From Planctomycetaceae bacterium (lineage in GTDB: Bacteria > Planctomycetota > Planctomycetia > Pirellulales > UBA1268): 46,018 nucleotides of DNA. The stretch spans positions 1 through 46,018 of the forward strand of contig JBJTRH010000356.1 in NCBI GenBank assembly GCA_046076065.1, in the 5' to 3' direction. The translations under genes were made by a program, and so were the position numbers. Under the pieces are notes generated by a model that was not told the DNA's origin, made no database searches, and saw nothing but the letters and a program-made list of their open reading frames with translations. Below are positions 25,954 to 34,863 of the stretch, in pieces. Each line of letters opens with the position of its first letter. Within the stretch, counting starts at the first letter, position 1.

Positions 25954-27600
25954 ATGATCGTTCCGCACGCCCCCCAGCTCCTCGATGCGCTCGACGTCGT
26001 CGACTCCGGCGCCATCTTCGCGCGGGCCGAGGCGATCCTTGCCGGCGAGGCGATCAGCGAGCCCGAGCGACGGGTCCGGCTGCACGTCGTGAAGGCGGCG
26101 ATCACCGGCACCGTGATCCGTCCCTCCGACGACTCGCCGGAGATGCGGAATCCGGCGTTCTGGATCCTGGTGAACGACCGCTTCGTGGTGGCGCCGGGCG
26201 TCGCGGCCGTCGATGCGATCGAGGATCTGTGGGTGCTCCATGGCGCCGACGGGGTGCCGGTCCCGCGGATCCGCTGCCTCAAATACACCACGCTCGTGCT
26301 GATCCAGGGTGTGATCCAGTTCTTCCGCGACACGCACGACGGCGACGGCCTCGAGGCGGTCAATCGGCTGATCGGCCGCAAGGTCGTTCCCGAGGAACTG
26401 CCGAATCGCGGCGACGACATCCTCTGGCGGCGGCACTTCGACGCCGCCCGGCTGCTCCCCGGCGATCAGGTGTGGTTCGACAATCCGTTTTTCGACCGCG
26501 GGCGGGCCCTCTTTCGGGAGCGATTCCACCAGGATGCGCTCCACGCGGGGGCGGATGCCGACACCGCGACGCGGACCGCCCGCACGCGTGCCGAAGCTCT
26601 GACCGCCGGCGAGGAGGGGAGCAACGCGTTCTTCCTGGGAGACGACCGGTTCATTCTCGGGGCGGATTCGCTCGTGCGGGCGTTTCGCGGGCCGCTCGAC
26701 GGTCGCGGTGCCACGCAGCCGCCCGCGCACGAGCTCGTGTTCACGCGGAAGATCTTCAGCCTCACGCGGTTCCGTCAGCACATGATGGAGGACAACTTCT
26801 CGGTGCAGGCCTGCCTGCGAGCCGATCCTGCGGCGGTGCGGCCCGAGCAGTTCACGATCGAACGGGTGCGGGCTCCCCTCGATCCCGCCCATCTGCTTCG
26901 CTACGACGCCCTGCACCCGCCCGAGCAGGAGCTGGGCGGCCTGATCGCCGCGCTGGCCAGTGCGAACCAGCCGCCCGTGATCGACCGCCGGGGGCATGCG
27001 GCCGTGACGGTGTTCGCGCCGCACTACGACTGGAAGGAGCAGCAGCGGGTGCGGCTCGCCATCGACGCCGTGATGCGGGCTGACCCCGATGCCATCTGGT
27101 GGCTGCTGCGGGACCATGCCGACGACGACCGCTATGCCTACACCGCCTCCCGCGGCAGCGAGGTGCGGAACTTCACCGTGGGGATGATCTGCGGCGATCT
27201 GGCCGACGCTCGGCTGTGCCTCGGGTTCACCCGCAGGCTGCCACTCGTGCCGGGTCGCTTGCCCGATTCGTTTCACCCTGAGCGGGAGTTTCTGCGGCAG
27301 GAAGCTTCGTGGCGGGAGGCCCGCATGCCGCTGTTCGCCATGCAGTCGGCCCTCTGCGAAGCCGCCATCCGGGAGTGGGATGGCGTGGTCGCCACCGAAC
27401 CGGGCGAAGACGGCAGAAGCCACCGGTTCTCGCCGGAGGAGAAGTCGCGGTATGCGGTCGCCGTCCGCGCGGAGATCGACGCACTCGCCCGTACGCGCCG
27501 GGCGGCCTGCGAGGAGGTGATCCTGCCGTATCTCCCCGCGCCCGCGGGCTGGGACGGCTACGATGCGGAGCGAACGCTCGTGTCGGACGCGAGTTGCTGA
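25954..27600 (+). CDS. Hypothetical protein with an N-terminal Tgl-like (papain/NlpC-P60 fold transglutaminase) domain
   Basis: 548-aa ORF from ATG 25954, preceded by TACGAT-N6. Motifs ERRVRLHVVKAA, RNPAFW, DAIEDL, RCLKY, LLPGDQVWFDNPFFD and EGSNAFFLGDDRF occur in the order seen in Bacillus Tgl (by-eye comparison). Confidence 0.6.
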   Translation: MIVPHAPQLLDALDVVDSGAIFARAEAILAGEAISEPERRVRLHVVKAAITGTVIRPSDDSPEMRNPAFWILVNDRFVVAPGVAAVDAIEDLWVLHGADGVPVPRIRCLKYTTLVLIQGVIQFFRDTHDGDGLEAVNRLIGRKVVPEELPNRGDDILWRRHFDAARLLPGDQVWFDNPFFDRGRALFRERFHQDALHAGADADTATRTARTRAEALTAGEEGSNAFFLGDDRFILGADSLVRAFRGPLDGRGATQPPAHELVFTRKIFSLTRFRQHMMEDNFSVQACLRADPAAVRPEQFTIERVRAPLDPAHLLRYDALHPPEQELGGLIAALASANQPPVIDRRGHAAVTVFAPHYDWKEQQRVRLAIDAVMRADPDAIWWLLRDHADDDRYAYTASRGSEVRNFTVGMICGDLADARLCLGFTRRLPLVPGRLPDSFHPEREFLRQEASWREARMPLFAMQSALCEAAIREWDGVVATEPGEDGRSHRFSPEEKSRYAVAVRAEIDALARTRRAACEEVILPYLPAPAGWDGYDAERTLVSDASC

Positions 27601-27674
27601 GCCGTGACGCCGCCGCCGACCAGCAGGCGACGGTTTGCAGTACACTCCCGCCAAGAGGAACGAAACACTGAGGG

Positions 27675-29051
27675 GTGATCACCGTGCCTGAGCGCACCAT
27701 CAACACGTTCGTCATGTTGGCCTGCATCACCGCCGGCAGTTGGGTCGGACACGCGGTCGCGGGAGCCGCTGCAGCGCCGCCGAACGTGGTCATCTTCTAT
27801 GCCGACGACCTCGGCTGGGGTGAACTCGGCTGCCAGGGCAATCCGGAGATTCCCACGCCCCACATCGATTCGATCGCGGCGGGCGGCGTGCGATGCACGC
27901 AGGGCTACGTGGCCGCGACTTACTGCAGCCCGTCGCGGGCCGGCCTGATGAGCGGCCGCTATCCCACCCGGTTCGGCCACGAGACCAACGACGATCCCAA
28001 CACCAGCGGCTTCGTCCGCGAGCAGACGCTGGCAAGCCGCCTCAAGGCCTGCGGCTACGCGACGGCATGCGTCGGCAAGTGGCACCTGGGCCAGACGCCC
28101 GACCGGCTCCCTATGGCCCGGGGTTTCGACGAGTTCTACGGGACGCTTGCCAACACGCCGTTCTTCCATCCCACGCAGTTCATCGACTCACGGACCTCGC
28201 CCAAGGTGGTCCAGGTTCCGGACGACGGCTTCTATACCACCGACGCCTATGCCGACCGCGCGGTGGCGTGGCTGCGCGACCATGCCGGTCGGCCACGATT
28301 TCTCTACCTGCCCTTCAACGCGCAGCACGCGCCTCTCCAGTCGCCGCAGCGGTATCTCGACCGCTTTCCACGCATCGCCGACGAGCAGCGGCGGACGTTC
28401 GCCGCCATGCTCTCGGCGATGGACGACGCCGTGGGCCGCGTGCTCGCGACGGTGCGGGAGCTCGGCGAGGAGGAGAACACGCTCGTGTTCTTCATCGCCG
28501 ACAACGGCGGCCCGACCAGGCAGACGACGTCGGGCAACGGGCCGCTCCGCGGGTTCAAGGCGATGACCTACGAGGGTGGTCCGCGGGTGCCGTTCCTGGT
28601 GCAGTGGAAGGGGCACGTCCCAGCGGGCACCACCTACGACCTTCCGGTCATGAACCTCGACGTGGTGCCCACGGTCATGGCGGCGGTCGGCAAGCCGGTG
28701 GCCGCCGCAGACGCGGTCGACGGCGTGGATCTCCTGCCCCATCTGACGCGCGCGAAGGCGGGCCGGCCGCACGACACGATGTGCTGGCGGTTCGCGGGGC
28801 AGTGGGCGGTGCGGAGCGGCGAGTGGAAACTCGTCGTATCGAGGGGAGGGTCGGGCGCTCCCGAACTCTACGACCTCGCCGCCGACGTCGGCGAGCAGAA
28901 CGACCTCGCGGCCCGCGAGCCGGAACGGGTCGCTGAACTCAAGAAACTCTACGACGCGTGGGATGCGGAGCAGGCCCCGGCGGCCCCGCCACCGAAGCCT
29001 GGCCCCAAGAAGAAGGCCGCGGCGAAGAAGGCGGCCTCTGACTACACTTAG
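27675..29051 (+). CDS. Secreted Cys-type formylglycine sulfatase (arylsulfatase A-like)
   Basis: PPNVVIFYADDLGW, CSPSRAGLMSG, GKWHLG, FNAQHAP, DNGG, EGGPRVP. Start uncertain (27675, 27684 or 27714); TACACT box at 27641-27646. Confidence 0.92.
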   Translation: MITVPERTINTFVMLACITAGSWVGHAVAGAAAAPPNVVIFYADDLGWGELGCQGNPEIPTPHIDSIAAGGVRCTQGYVAATYCSPSRAGLMSGRYPTRFGHETNDDPNTSGFVREQTLASRLKACGYATACVGKWHLGQTPDRLPMARGFDEFYGTLANTPFFHPTQFIDSRTSPKVVQVPDDGFYTTDAYADRAVAWLRDHAGRPRFLYLPFNAQHAPLQSPQRYLDRFPRIADEQRRTFAAMLSAMDDAVGRVLATVRELGEEENTLVFFIADNGGPTRQTTSGNGPLRGFKAMTYEGGPRVPFLVQWKGHVPAGTTYDLPVMNLDVVPTVMAAVGKPVAAADAVDGVDLLPHLTRAKAGRPHDTMCWRFAGQWAVRSGEWKLVVSRGGSGAPELYDLAADVGEQNDLAAREPERVAELKKLYDAWDAEQAPAAPPPKPGPKKKAAAKKAASDYT

Positions 29052-29054
29052 CGG

Positions 29055-30209
29055 TCAGGGCTGTCGGTGGTCCGTCGCAACCCGTACTCGTCGCCAGAGG
29101 GTGACGCGGTTGTTGCCTGAGTCGGCCACGGCGAGGAGGTCGCCGTGGCTGGCGATGCCGTAGGGCCAGCACAGGGTGTCGGCCATCACGGCCTTCCAGC
29201 GGTTCTCGCCCGCCGCCTCGAAGGTGTGTTGTCCGAGCACGGCGGATGCGTCGGGGCCGGAGGGCAGGCCGTCCGTGAGCGGCCAGAGGAGGATGCGATT
29301 GTTGGCGGTGTCGGCGACGGCGAGCGAACCCGCAGCAGTCGCGAGGCCGTAGGGAAACCGCAGCCGGTGAGGGCCCTGCGGCCGGTGGGGCAGTTCCATT
29401 GCGGTCGTGAAGTCGGGCTGGCCGAGCACGAGATCGGCAGGCCGGTCGGTGTCGGGCCGCCCCCGCCAGCCGAGCACGCGATGGTTGCCGGCGTCGGCCA
29501 CGAACAGCATCCGCTCGTCCCCGGTGATCGCATGCGGCCAGCGAAATGAACCAGGCCCGACGGCGGCGCCGCGGTTCTCCTCGTTGGACTCGAATCCGCT
29601 CTGGCCGTGCACCACGTCGGCCGGCGCGTCGCGGTCCGGCACGCCGTTCCAGATCAGCACGCGGCGGTTGCCGGTGTCGGTCACGTGCAGCCGGCCCGCG
29701 ACGACGGCGAGGCCATAGGGCCAGTAGAGGGAGCTTGCCGTTGGGCCACCGCTCCGGTTCGGCTCGACAGCGGCGAGCGACGGCTGGCCGAGGCACCAGT
29801 CAGGTGGCGTGTCGCTGATGTCGGGCACTCGGTTCCAGACGAGGATCCGGTGATGCCAGGCGTCGGCCACCAGCAGCCGGCCGTCGGCCACGACCACGCC
29901 GGTCGGCAGGTGGAGCCCATTGGCAGGCCCGCGGCCCCCAGCTGCCGGGCCTTCGGACTTCAACGACGGCTGGCCGAGCACCAGGTCGGCCGGAGCGTGC
30001 GACGCGGTCGGCACGCTCCGCCAGATCAGGATGCGGTGGTTGCCCGAGTCGCAGACCACCAGCCGCTCTGCGTCGAGCCAGACGCCGCGAGGTGCGTAGA
30101 GGTGATCCGCGGTCGGCGAGGCGTCGGGCAGGGCGAGGCCACCGGGCGAAGGAGCCCCGAGCCAGCAGGCGGGCAACCAGCCTCCCGGGGTGGCGGGGGC
30201 CGTCGTCAC
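29055..30209 (-). CDS. NHL-repeat beta-propeller protein, accessory to group 2a hydrogenases
   Basis: Six repeats of L.xP.G...L.V.D.GNxR.L.W with VLGQP spacers. GTG start at 30209 overlaps the upstream stop. Same position as the NHL gene in cyanobacterial hup and mycobacterial huc clusters. Confidence 0.85.
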   Translation of the reverse strand: MTTAPATPGGWLPACWLGAPSPGGLALPDASPTADHLYAPRGVWLDAERLVVCDSGNHRILIWRSVPTASHAPADLVLGQPSLKSEGPAAGGRGPANGLHLPTGVVVADGRLLVADAWHHRILVWNRVPDISDTPPDWCLGQPSLAAVEPNRSGGPTASSLYWPYGLAVVAGRLHVTDTGNRRVLIWNGVPDRDAPADVVHGQSGFESNEENRGAAVGPGSFRWPHAITGDERMLFVADAGNHRVLGWRGRPDTDRPADLVLGQPDFTTAMELPHRPQGPHRLRFPYGLATAAGSLAVADTANNRILLWPLTDGLPSGPDASAVLGQHTFEAAGENRWKAVMADTLCWPYGIASHGDLLAVADSGNNRVTLWRRVRVATDHRQP

Positions 30210-30862
30210 ACCTTCACCTCGACCACGCCGCCAACGACGCGGATCGGAAACGGCTCCAGATGGCAGTCGGGGGCCGACAGGCACGCCCCGGACTCGGCGT
30301 CGAAGCGGTAGGCATGCCACGGGCAGGTGATCGTGGCCTCGTCGGCATCGACCACGCCACGCTCGAGCGGCAGGCCGATGTGGCCGCAGGCGTTGCGGAA
30401 GGCCCGGACCTGGCCCTTCGCCTGCACCACGATGATCTTCTCGCCCCCAGCCTCGAAGGCGAAGGGCCTGTCGGCGGCCACGTCGTCGACCCGCGGCCCC
30501 GCATGCCAGCCGCCCTCGGCCCCCGGCAGCTGGATCTGCACGAGCTCCAGGGGCGGCTCGGGCTCGGGCGTTGGTGCCACGCGAATGATGCCGTGCATCG
30601 CAAGCAGGGCCCGCACGCCCGGGTCGTCCACGAGCTCGAAGAGGAGCTCCTTGCCGCGGGGATCCTCCTTGAGCCGCTTCACGATCGTCGTGAGACCCGC
30701 CCGATGAAAGGCTTCGATCGCCTCTCGGACAGCCTCCGCCTTCCCGCGAGAACCCTCGTCGAGACCGTCGAGCGCCTCGATGGCGTGATCGACCCGGGCG
30801 GCGAGAGCCTCGAGGTCCTCGTCTTCGGCAGGCCCGGTGCTGTGGTTCGCGTCGTGCATCAT
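30206..30862 (-). CDS. Rieske [2Fe-2S] protein, HucE-like hydrogenase accessory protein
   Basis: N-terminal helical domain (EAIEAFHRAGL..L..D..V..LL.MHG) and Rieske motifs NACGH and CPWH.YRFD. Confidence 0.82.
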   Translation of the reverse strand: MMHDANHSTGPAEDEDLEALAARVDHAIEALDGLDEGSRGKAEAVREAIEAFHRAGLTTIVKRLKEDPRGKELLFELVDDPGVRALLAMHGIIRVAPTPEPEPPLELVQIQLPGAEGGWHAGPRVDDVAADRPFAFEAGGEKIIVVQAKGQVRAFRNACGHIGLPLERGVVDADEATITCPWHAYRFDAESGACLSAPDCHLEPFPIRVVGGVVEVKV

Positions 30863-31254
30863 GGCGCCGCCGGTCCGACCGCCTGGTAGCCAGCGTGCTG
30901 TTCGAGGGCTTCGAGGGTCTTGAGCAGAAGGATCTCCGCGAAGAGTCCACGGGCGAGCGTTCCCAGGGCCTCTTCGACCGTGGTGGCCGAGGTCACGGCG
31001 GTTCGATGGGCGACGATCGATCGCTTCGGCAGCGACCGGAGCACGAAGGCCGCGCCGTCGGTGTCGTCGAGCAGGAAGTCGGCAAAGATCGCTGCCACGA
31101 ACTCGTTCACCGCCACGGTGGTCGCGGACGGATCACCCCGCAGGGCCGCGAGTGCCGCGTCGGTGCCGCGGTGGCGTTCCTCGAGCCGCGCGACGAACCG
31201 GTCGGTCGCCGTCTGCAGGAGGAAGTCGAACTGCTGCCGCTGGTGGAGGTCCAT
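30859..31254 (-). CDS. Conserved helical hypothetical protein of the hydrogenase cluster
   Basis: 131-aa ORF that reads as a plausible protein, ATGA-coupled to the Rieske gene and preceded by TAGAAT-N8-ATG. Confidence 0.7.
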   Translation of the reverse strand: MDLHQRQQFDFLLQTATDRFVARLEERHRGTDAALAALRGDPSATTVAVNEFVAAIFADFLLDDTDGAAFVLRSLPKRSIVAHRTAVTSATTVEEALGTLARGLFAEILLLKTLEALEQHAGYQAVGPAAP

Positions 31255-31305
31255 GATGACGCATTCTACATGGGCTGTACGTGCCCGGTCGCTGGACGTT
31301 CGGTG

Positions 31306-31452
31306 GGCTCAGGGTTACCCGTACCCCGTCGCCGGACGTTCGAGGATGCCATCGTGGCATCCTCTCACTCGGATGCCGCCGTCGCTTCGCCATCGTGGCT
31401 GCGCTTGGCGGCATACGCCGGCTCTCGGGGTACGGGCAACCCTTCGCTGAGT
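31306..31452. repeat. About 147-bp multi-hairpin element, copy B
   Basis: Colinear with 18786-18931. Arms at 31311-31328 and 31426-31443; perfect 10-bp inner hairpin at 31342-31364; degenerate 5'-arm copy at 31272-31301. Confidence 0.85.
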
Positions 31453-31461
31453 TCGTGCCTC

Positions 31462-31493
31462 AGCAAGCGCAACCGCGTAAGCGGTACGGCTGC
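31462..31493. repeat. Diverged copy of the 34-bp hairpin repeat (ACCGC-GTAA-GCGGT)
   Basis: AGCAAGCGCAACCGCGTAAGCGGTACGGCTGC aligns with the units at 18687, 18743 and 18981. Confidence 0.7.
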
Positions 31494-31546
31494 ATCCCGC
31501 TTGGGCTGAGACTGGCGGGATGCGCGGAGCGCGCGTGTGAGCCGTA

Positions 31547-32728
31547 TCAGACCGTGGTGCTTCGGATCTTGTCGAGCCTTGCGTGAATCCCATCGAGGAG
31601 CTCCTTGGCCGTGGCGGCCTCGTCGGTGGCTTCGTGCCAGGTGAAGAGCTTCAGCGCCTTGGCGAGCTTCTCGATCGCCGGCTTGAAGATGCCGAGATGG
31701 GCCAGAGCATTGCCCTGGTTGAGCAGCGCGCGGGCGTGGGCTACGGGGTCGCGTGCCTCCGTCCGCACTGCGAGCACCTCCTCGTAGAGCTCCACCGCCT
31801 CGGCGAGATTTTCGGCCGGGTGCGTGGACGGGAGATACTGCAGGGCGCTGGCCAGGTTCATGGTCACGCTGGCCCACTGGTCGGGATCGGCATCGCGGTC
31901 CTGCACGTCGCGGGCCTTGCGGAACGACTGCACGGCGATGCCGGCGCGGAGCTGGTCGCTCGCCTCCCGCGTGGGCATGCAGAGGTAAGCCAGGCCGAGA
32001 TTGTTTTGCAGCTGAGCGTAGCTCGCCGGATCGGAGTCCTGGGTGATCCCCGCGGCGAGCGCCTTTTGGTAGCAGGTGACCGCCTCGACGAGCGGCCCGC
32101 GGCTGCCGTCCGCACCGCGGGCCTGGTGCAGCGTGCCCAGCCGCATCCAGATGTCGGCGAGCAGTCGCGGCAGTTTCGCCTGCTCGCCGAGCTGCAGGGC
32201 CTGCTCGAGATGGTCGATCGCGAGGTCCGCCGCCTCGGCCGGCAGGGTATCGGCGACCTGCTGGTGGAGCACCGCGGCGAACACCGGCGACGCGGGCGCG
32301 GCCTGCTCCGCCGCCTCCGCGAGCAGCGTGCGTGCTGCCCGAGCATCGCCCCGCTCGAAGAGCCCCGCGGCGGCGGTCATCTGCACGAGGGCCTTCAGCT
32401 CGCCGTCGAGCGGACCGGGCTCGGGCAGGTCGTCGATCAGTCCGTGGGCGAAGGCGGCTGACCGGGCCAGCGCGACGAACGCCGGATCGCCTGCGGCCTC
32501 GATCGCCGCGAGGGCCTCGGGCGACGGGGCGAGCACGAAGGCATTGTGGCGGTCGAGAGGCGATGAACCAGTGACGGCCGCGGCGGTCGCGGGCAGGATC
32601 GCGGCCGCGGCCACGTCGTCGCCGAGCATCGCGGCGGCCCGCGTGGCCTCGTTGCCCGGCAGTGCGAGCAGGTGCGATCGCGGAAACGCGAAGATTCCCA
32701 CCGGCTGAGGACGCGGGATCGCGGTCAT
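31547..32728 (-). CDS. TPR-repeat protein, accessory to group 2a hydrogenases
   Basis: PQPVGIF N-terminus; helical repeats AVTCYQKAL, AQLQNNLGLAY, MNLASALQYLPS, NQGNALAHLG. ATGA-coupled to the protease gene. Confidence 0.8.
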   Translation of the reverse strand: MTAIPRPQPVGIFAFPRSHLLALPGNEATRAAAMLGDDVAAAAILPATAAAVTGSSPLDRHNAFVLAPSPEALAAIEAAGDPAFVALARSAAFAHGLIDDLPEPGPLDGELKALVQMTAAAGLFERGDARAARTLLAEAAEQAAPASPVFAAVLHQQVADTLPAEAADLAIDHLEQALQLGEQAKLPRLLADIWMRLGTLHQARGADGSRGPLVEAVTCYQKALAAGITQDSDPASYAQLQNNLGLAYLCMPTREASDQLRAGIAVQSFRKARDVQDRDADPDQWASVTMNLASALQYLPSTHPAENLAEAVELYEEVLAVRTEARDPVAHARALLNQGNALAHLGIFKPAIEKLAKALKLFTWHEATDEAATAKELLDGIHARLDKIRSTTV

Positions 32729-33204
32729 GCCGGAGCCTCCGCCGGGGCGAGTTTCACGAGCAGGAGATCGACGAGCCGATCGACCGCGGCGTCGACCTTC
32801 GGCGACAGTCCCTCCCCCACCTCGAACCGCTCTCCCTCGATAAGGTAGGCGGTGACATCGGCGGGATAGTCGTCCTTGAGGAGCCAGCGGGCGAAGGCGA
32901 TGGCATGGTCCCATCGGAAGGCGTGCAGGTTGATGCCCGCGAGGGGCGGGAGGTTCTCAACCTCGCGGCCGGGCACCTCGAAGAGCGTGCCCGGCTCACT
33001 GCCTGACGTGCAGGCATCGACGAGGATCACCCTCGGTACGCCCCGCATCTGAAAGGCCACGTCCATGCCGCCGGTGCCGCCGTCGGCACACAGCACGCCC
33101 TCAGGCAGGCCGCGATCCCACATCCTCCGGACGAGCACCGGCCCCGCCGCGTCGTCGCCCCGCAGGAGATTGCCACAGCCGATGACGAGCACCCGCCGCG
33201 ACAT
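32725..33204 (-). CDS. Hydrogenase maturation endopeptidase (HupW/HybD type)
   Basis: VIGCGNLLRGDDAAG, DGGTGG, LVDA, LHAFRWDH. ATG 33204 overlaps the large-subunit stop (TGATG). Confidence 0.92.
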   Translation of the reverse strand: MSRRVLVIGCGNLLRGDDAAGPVLVRRMWDRGLPEGVLCADGGTGGMDVAFQMRGVPRVILVDACTSGSEPGTLFEVPGREVENLPPLAGINLHAFRWDHAIAFARWLLKDDYPADVTAYLIEGERFEVGEGLSPKVDAAVDRLVDLLLVKLAPAEAPA

Positions 33205-34826
33205 CACCCCGTCTCGCCGATCCGAAAGCTCGCCAGCTCGCGGCCCGTCTTGCCGTCGTACGCATGCACCGTGCAGACGAGGCAGGAGTCGTAGGAACGG
33301 GCCACGTGCCCCATCTCCACGGGATCGGTCGGATCCTTGATGGGAGCGCCGATGAACGACTGCTCCATCGGGCCATGCACGTTCTTCGCGTCCTGCGGGC
33401 CGATGTTCCACGCGGTGGGCGTGACTACCTGGTAGTTGGCGATCTTGCCCTGGTCGATCACGATCCAGTCGGAGAGCGACCCACGGGCAGCCTCGGTCGA
33501 GCCGAAGCCCTTGCCCGATGCATGCTCCACCGGCTTGGAGTAGAAGGGGGCGTGGAGGTCGATCTCCGAGAGCCACTTTCGGGCGAGCGCGGAATACTTG
33601 CAGGCCTCGTGCATCCGCGCCATGACGCGAACGAGGATGCTCGGGCCGACCTTCTGGATCGCGTCGAGGAACAGTGGATCGTGGTCCTGGTGCGTGGCCG
33701 CACCCGGGCGGCCGGCGATCACCTGCCGCGCGAGCGGGCCCACCTCCAGCGGCATCGAGCCCTTGCCGGGCACCTCGTACCGCGGGCTCTTGGCCCAGGA
33801 ATACTTGCCCTGCTTGTGGCCGTCGGCCGGATCGATCGGCTCGGTGCGGCCCTCCCACGGGTGCAGATACGTGTCGCCCGCATAGAAGCTGTGGGCGGTG
33901 CTCTCGCGGACATGGAGGTGGTCGAAGTCGTGGTAGGCCGAGCCGTCGTACACGCCCGCCCGGTTGATCAGGGCGGCATTTCGGCCGTCGATCGTGGGCC
34001 GCTCGTAGAGCTCCGGCTGGAAGTAGGTGCCCGTGGCGAGAAACGCCCCGCAGCCCTGGCCGTAGTCGCCGAGGCCGGCCCGTTTCGCGAACCGGAGAAA
34101 CAGACCGCAGTCGCTGTTTCGCTGGGCGTCGTTCTCATCGGCCCAGGCCCACATCTGATCCCAGGTCCTGATCTCCATCCACTTCTCGATCGAGCAGCCG
34201 AGCCACTCCTTTTCGAGCCACTCCCGCTTCCAGAAGTCGAGGATCGCGATCGAGCGGGTGACGTCGGAGAGGCTCGGGGCGCACATCACGCCGCCGGGGA
34301 TCATGAAGCTCGAGTGCGGCCACTGGCCGCCAAAGATGGCATACACCTCGACCGGCTTGCCCGAGAGCGTCACGCCCTTCTCGTAGCCGGTGCCGGTGAA
34401 GGGGGCGAACCGGCGGCAGACCTCGTCGTATTCCGGCAGGCGGGCGTAATTCTTGTTCGTCAGGTCGATCGCGAAGAGCGCATAAAACCACCGCGGGATC
34501 GAGAGCAGCGTCTCGCAGGCCTGGGCGATGTTGCGAACGAGCGTGGCATTCTTGGGCACGTGCGTCCGCCAGGCGGTGTCGAGGGCGTAGCAGGCCTTGT
34601 AGAGGTGGCTGCCCCCGCAAATGCCGCAGATGCGTGGCGTGACGATCAGCCCGGCCTGCGGATCCTTGCCCTTGAGGATGATCTCGAAGCCCCGAAACAT
34701 GCTCGCTTCGGTCCACGCGTTGGTGACGACGCCGTCGGTGACCTCGATGCGGAGATCGAGGTCGCCCTCGACGCGGCCGAGGGGACTGATCCGCATCGGC
34801 TTCGGTGCTGCGGTGGCGGTGGCCAT
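33204..34826 (-). CDS. hupL: Group 2a [NiFe]-hydrogenase large subunit (HucL/cyanobacterial HupL type)
   Basis: ISPLGRVEGDLD, FRGFEIILKGKDPQAGLIVTPRICGICGGSH (L1), GGQWPHSS, SYDSCLVCTVH (L2), then a 19-aa extension. Confidence 0.93.
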   Translation of the reverse strand: MATATAAPKPMRISPLGRVEGDLDLRIEVTDGVVTNAWTEASMFRGFEIILKGKDPQAGLIVTPRICGICGGSHLYKACYALDTAWRTHVPKNATLVRNIAQACETLLSIPRWFYALFAIDLTNKNYARLPEYDEVCRRFAPFTGTGYEKGVTLSGKPVEVYAIFGGQWPHSSFMIPGGVMCAPSLSDVTRSIAILDFWKREWLEKEWLGCSIEKWMEIRTWDQMWAWADENDAQRNSDCGLFLRFAKRAGLGDYGQGCGAFLATGTYFQPELYERPTIDGRNAALINRAGVYDGSAYHDFDHLHVRESTAHSFYAGDTYLHPWEGRTEPIDPADGHKQGKYSWAKSPRYEVPGKGSMPLEVGPLARQVIAGRPGAATHQDHDPLFLDAIQKVGPSILVRVMARMHEACKYSALARKWLSEIDLHAPFYSKPVEHASGKGFGSTEAARGSLSDWIVIDQGKIANYQVVTPTAWNIGPQDAKNVHGPMEQSFIGAPIKDPTDPVEMGHVARSYDSCLVCTVHAYDGKTGRELASFRIGETG

Positions 34827-34863
34827 GGAAACGGTTCCTGGGTTGGCGTGCGGGGAAAGGGCC

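Noticed and set aside
24481-27654. 1057-aa P450 fusion, or a P450-centred biosynthetic cluster with sulfatase and sulfotransferase
   Set aside because: The P450 starts at 25839 and the rest is antisense to the Tgl-like gene. No scaffold synthase, precursor peptide or redox partner is co-transcribed.
28970-29040. Pro/Lys/Ala-rich tail of the sulfatase (PAAPPPKPGPKKKAAAKKAA)
   Set aside because: Short low-complexity tail with no evidence for a separate function.
31255-31546. NiCo or other known riboswitch in the hydrogenase operon
   Set aside because: I could not match the conserved junction nucleotides of NiCo by eye, and copy A lies between convergent gene ends rather than in a 5' leader. 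An Rfam scan is needed for certainty.
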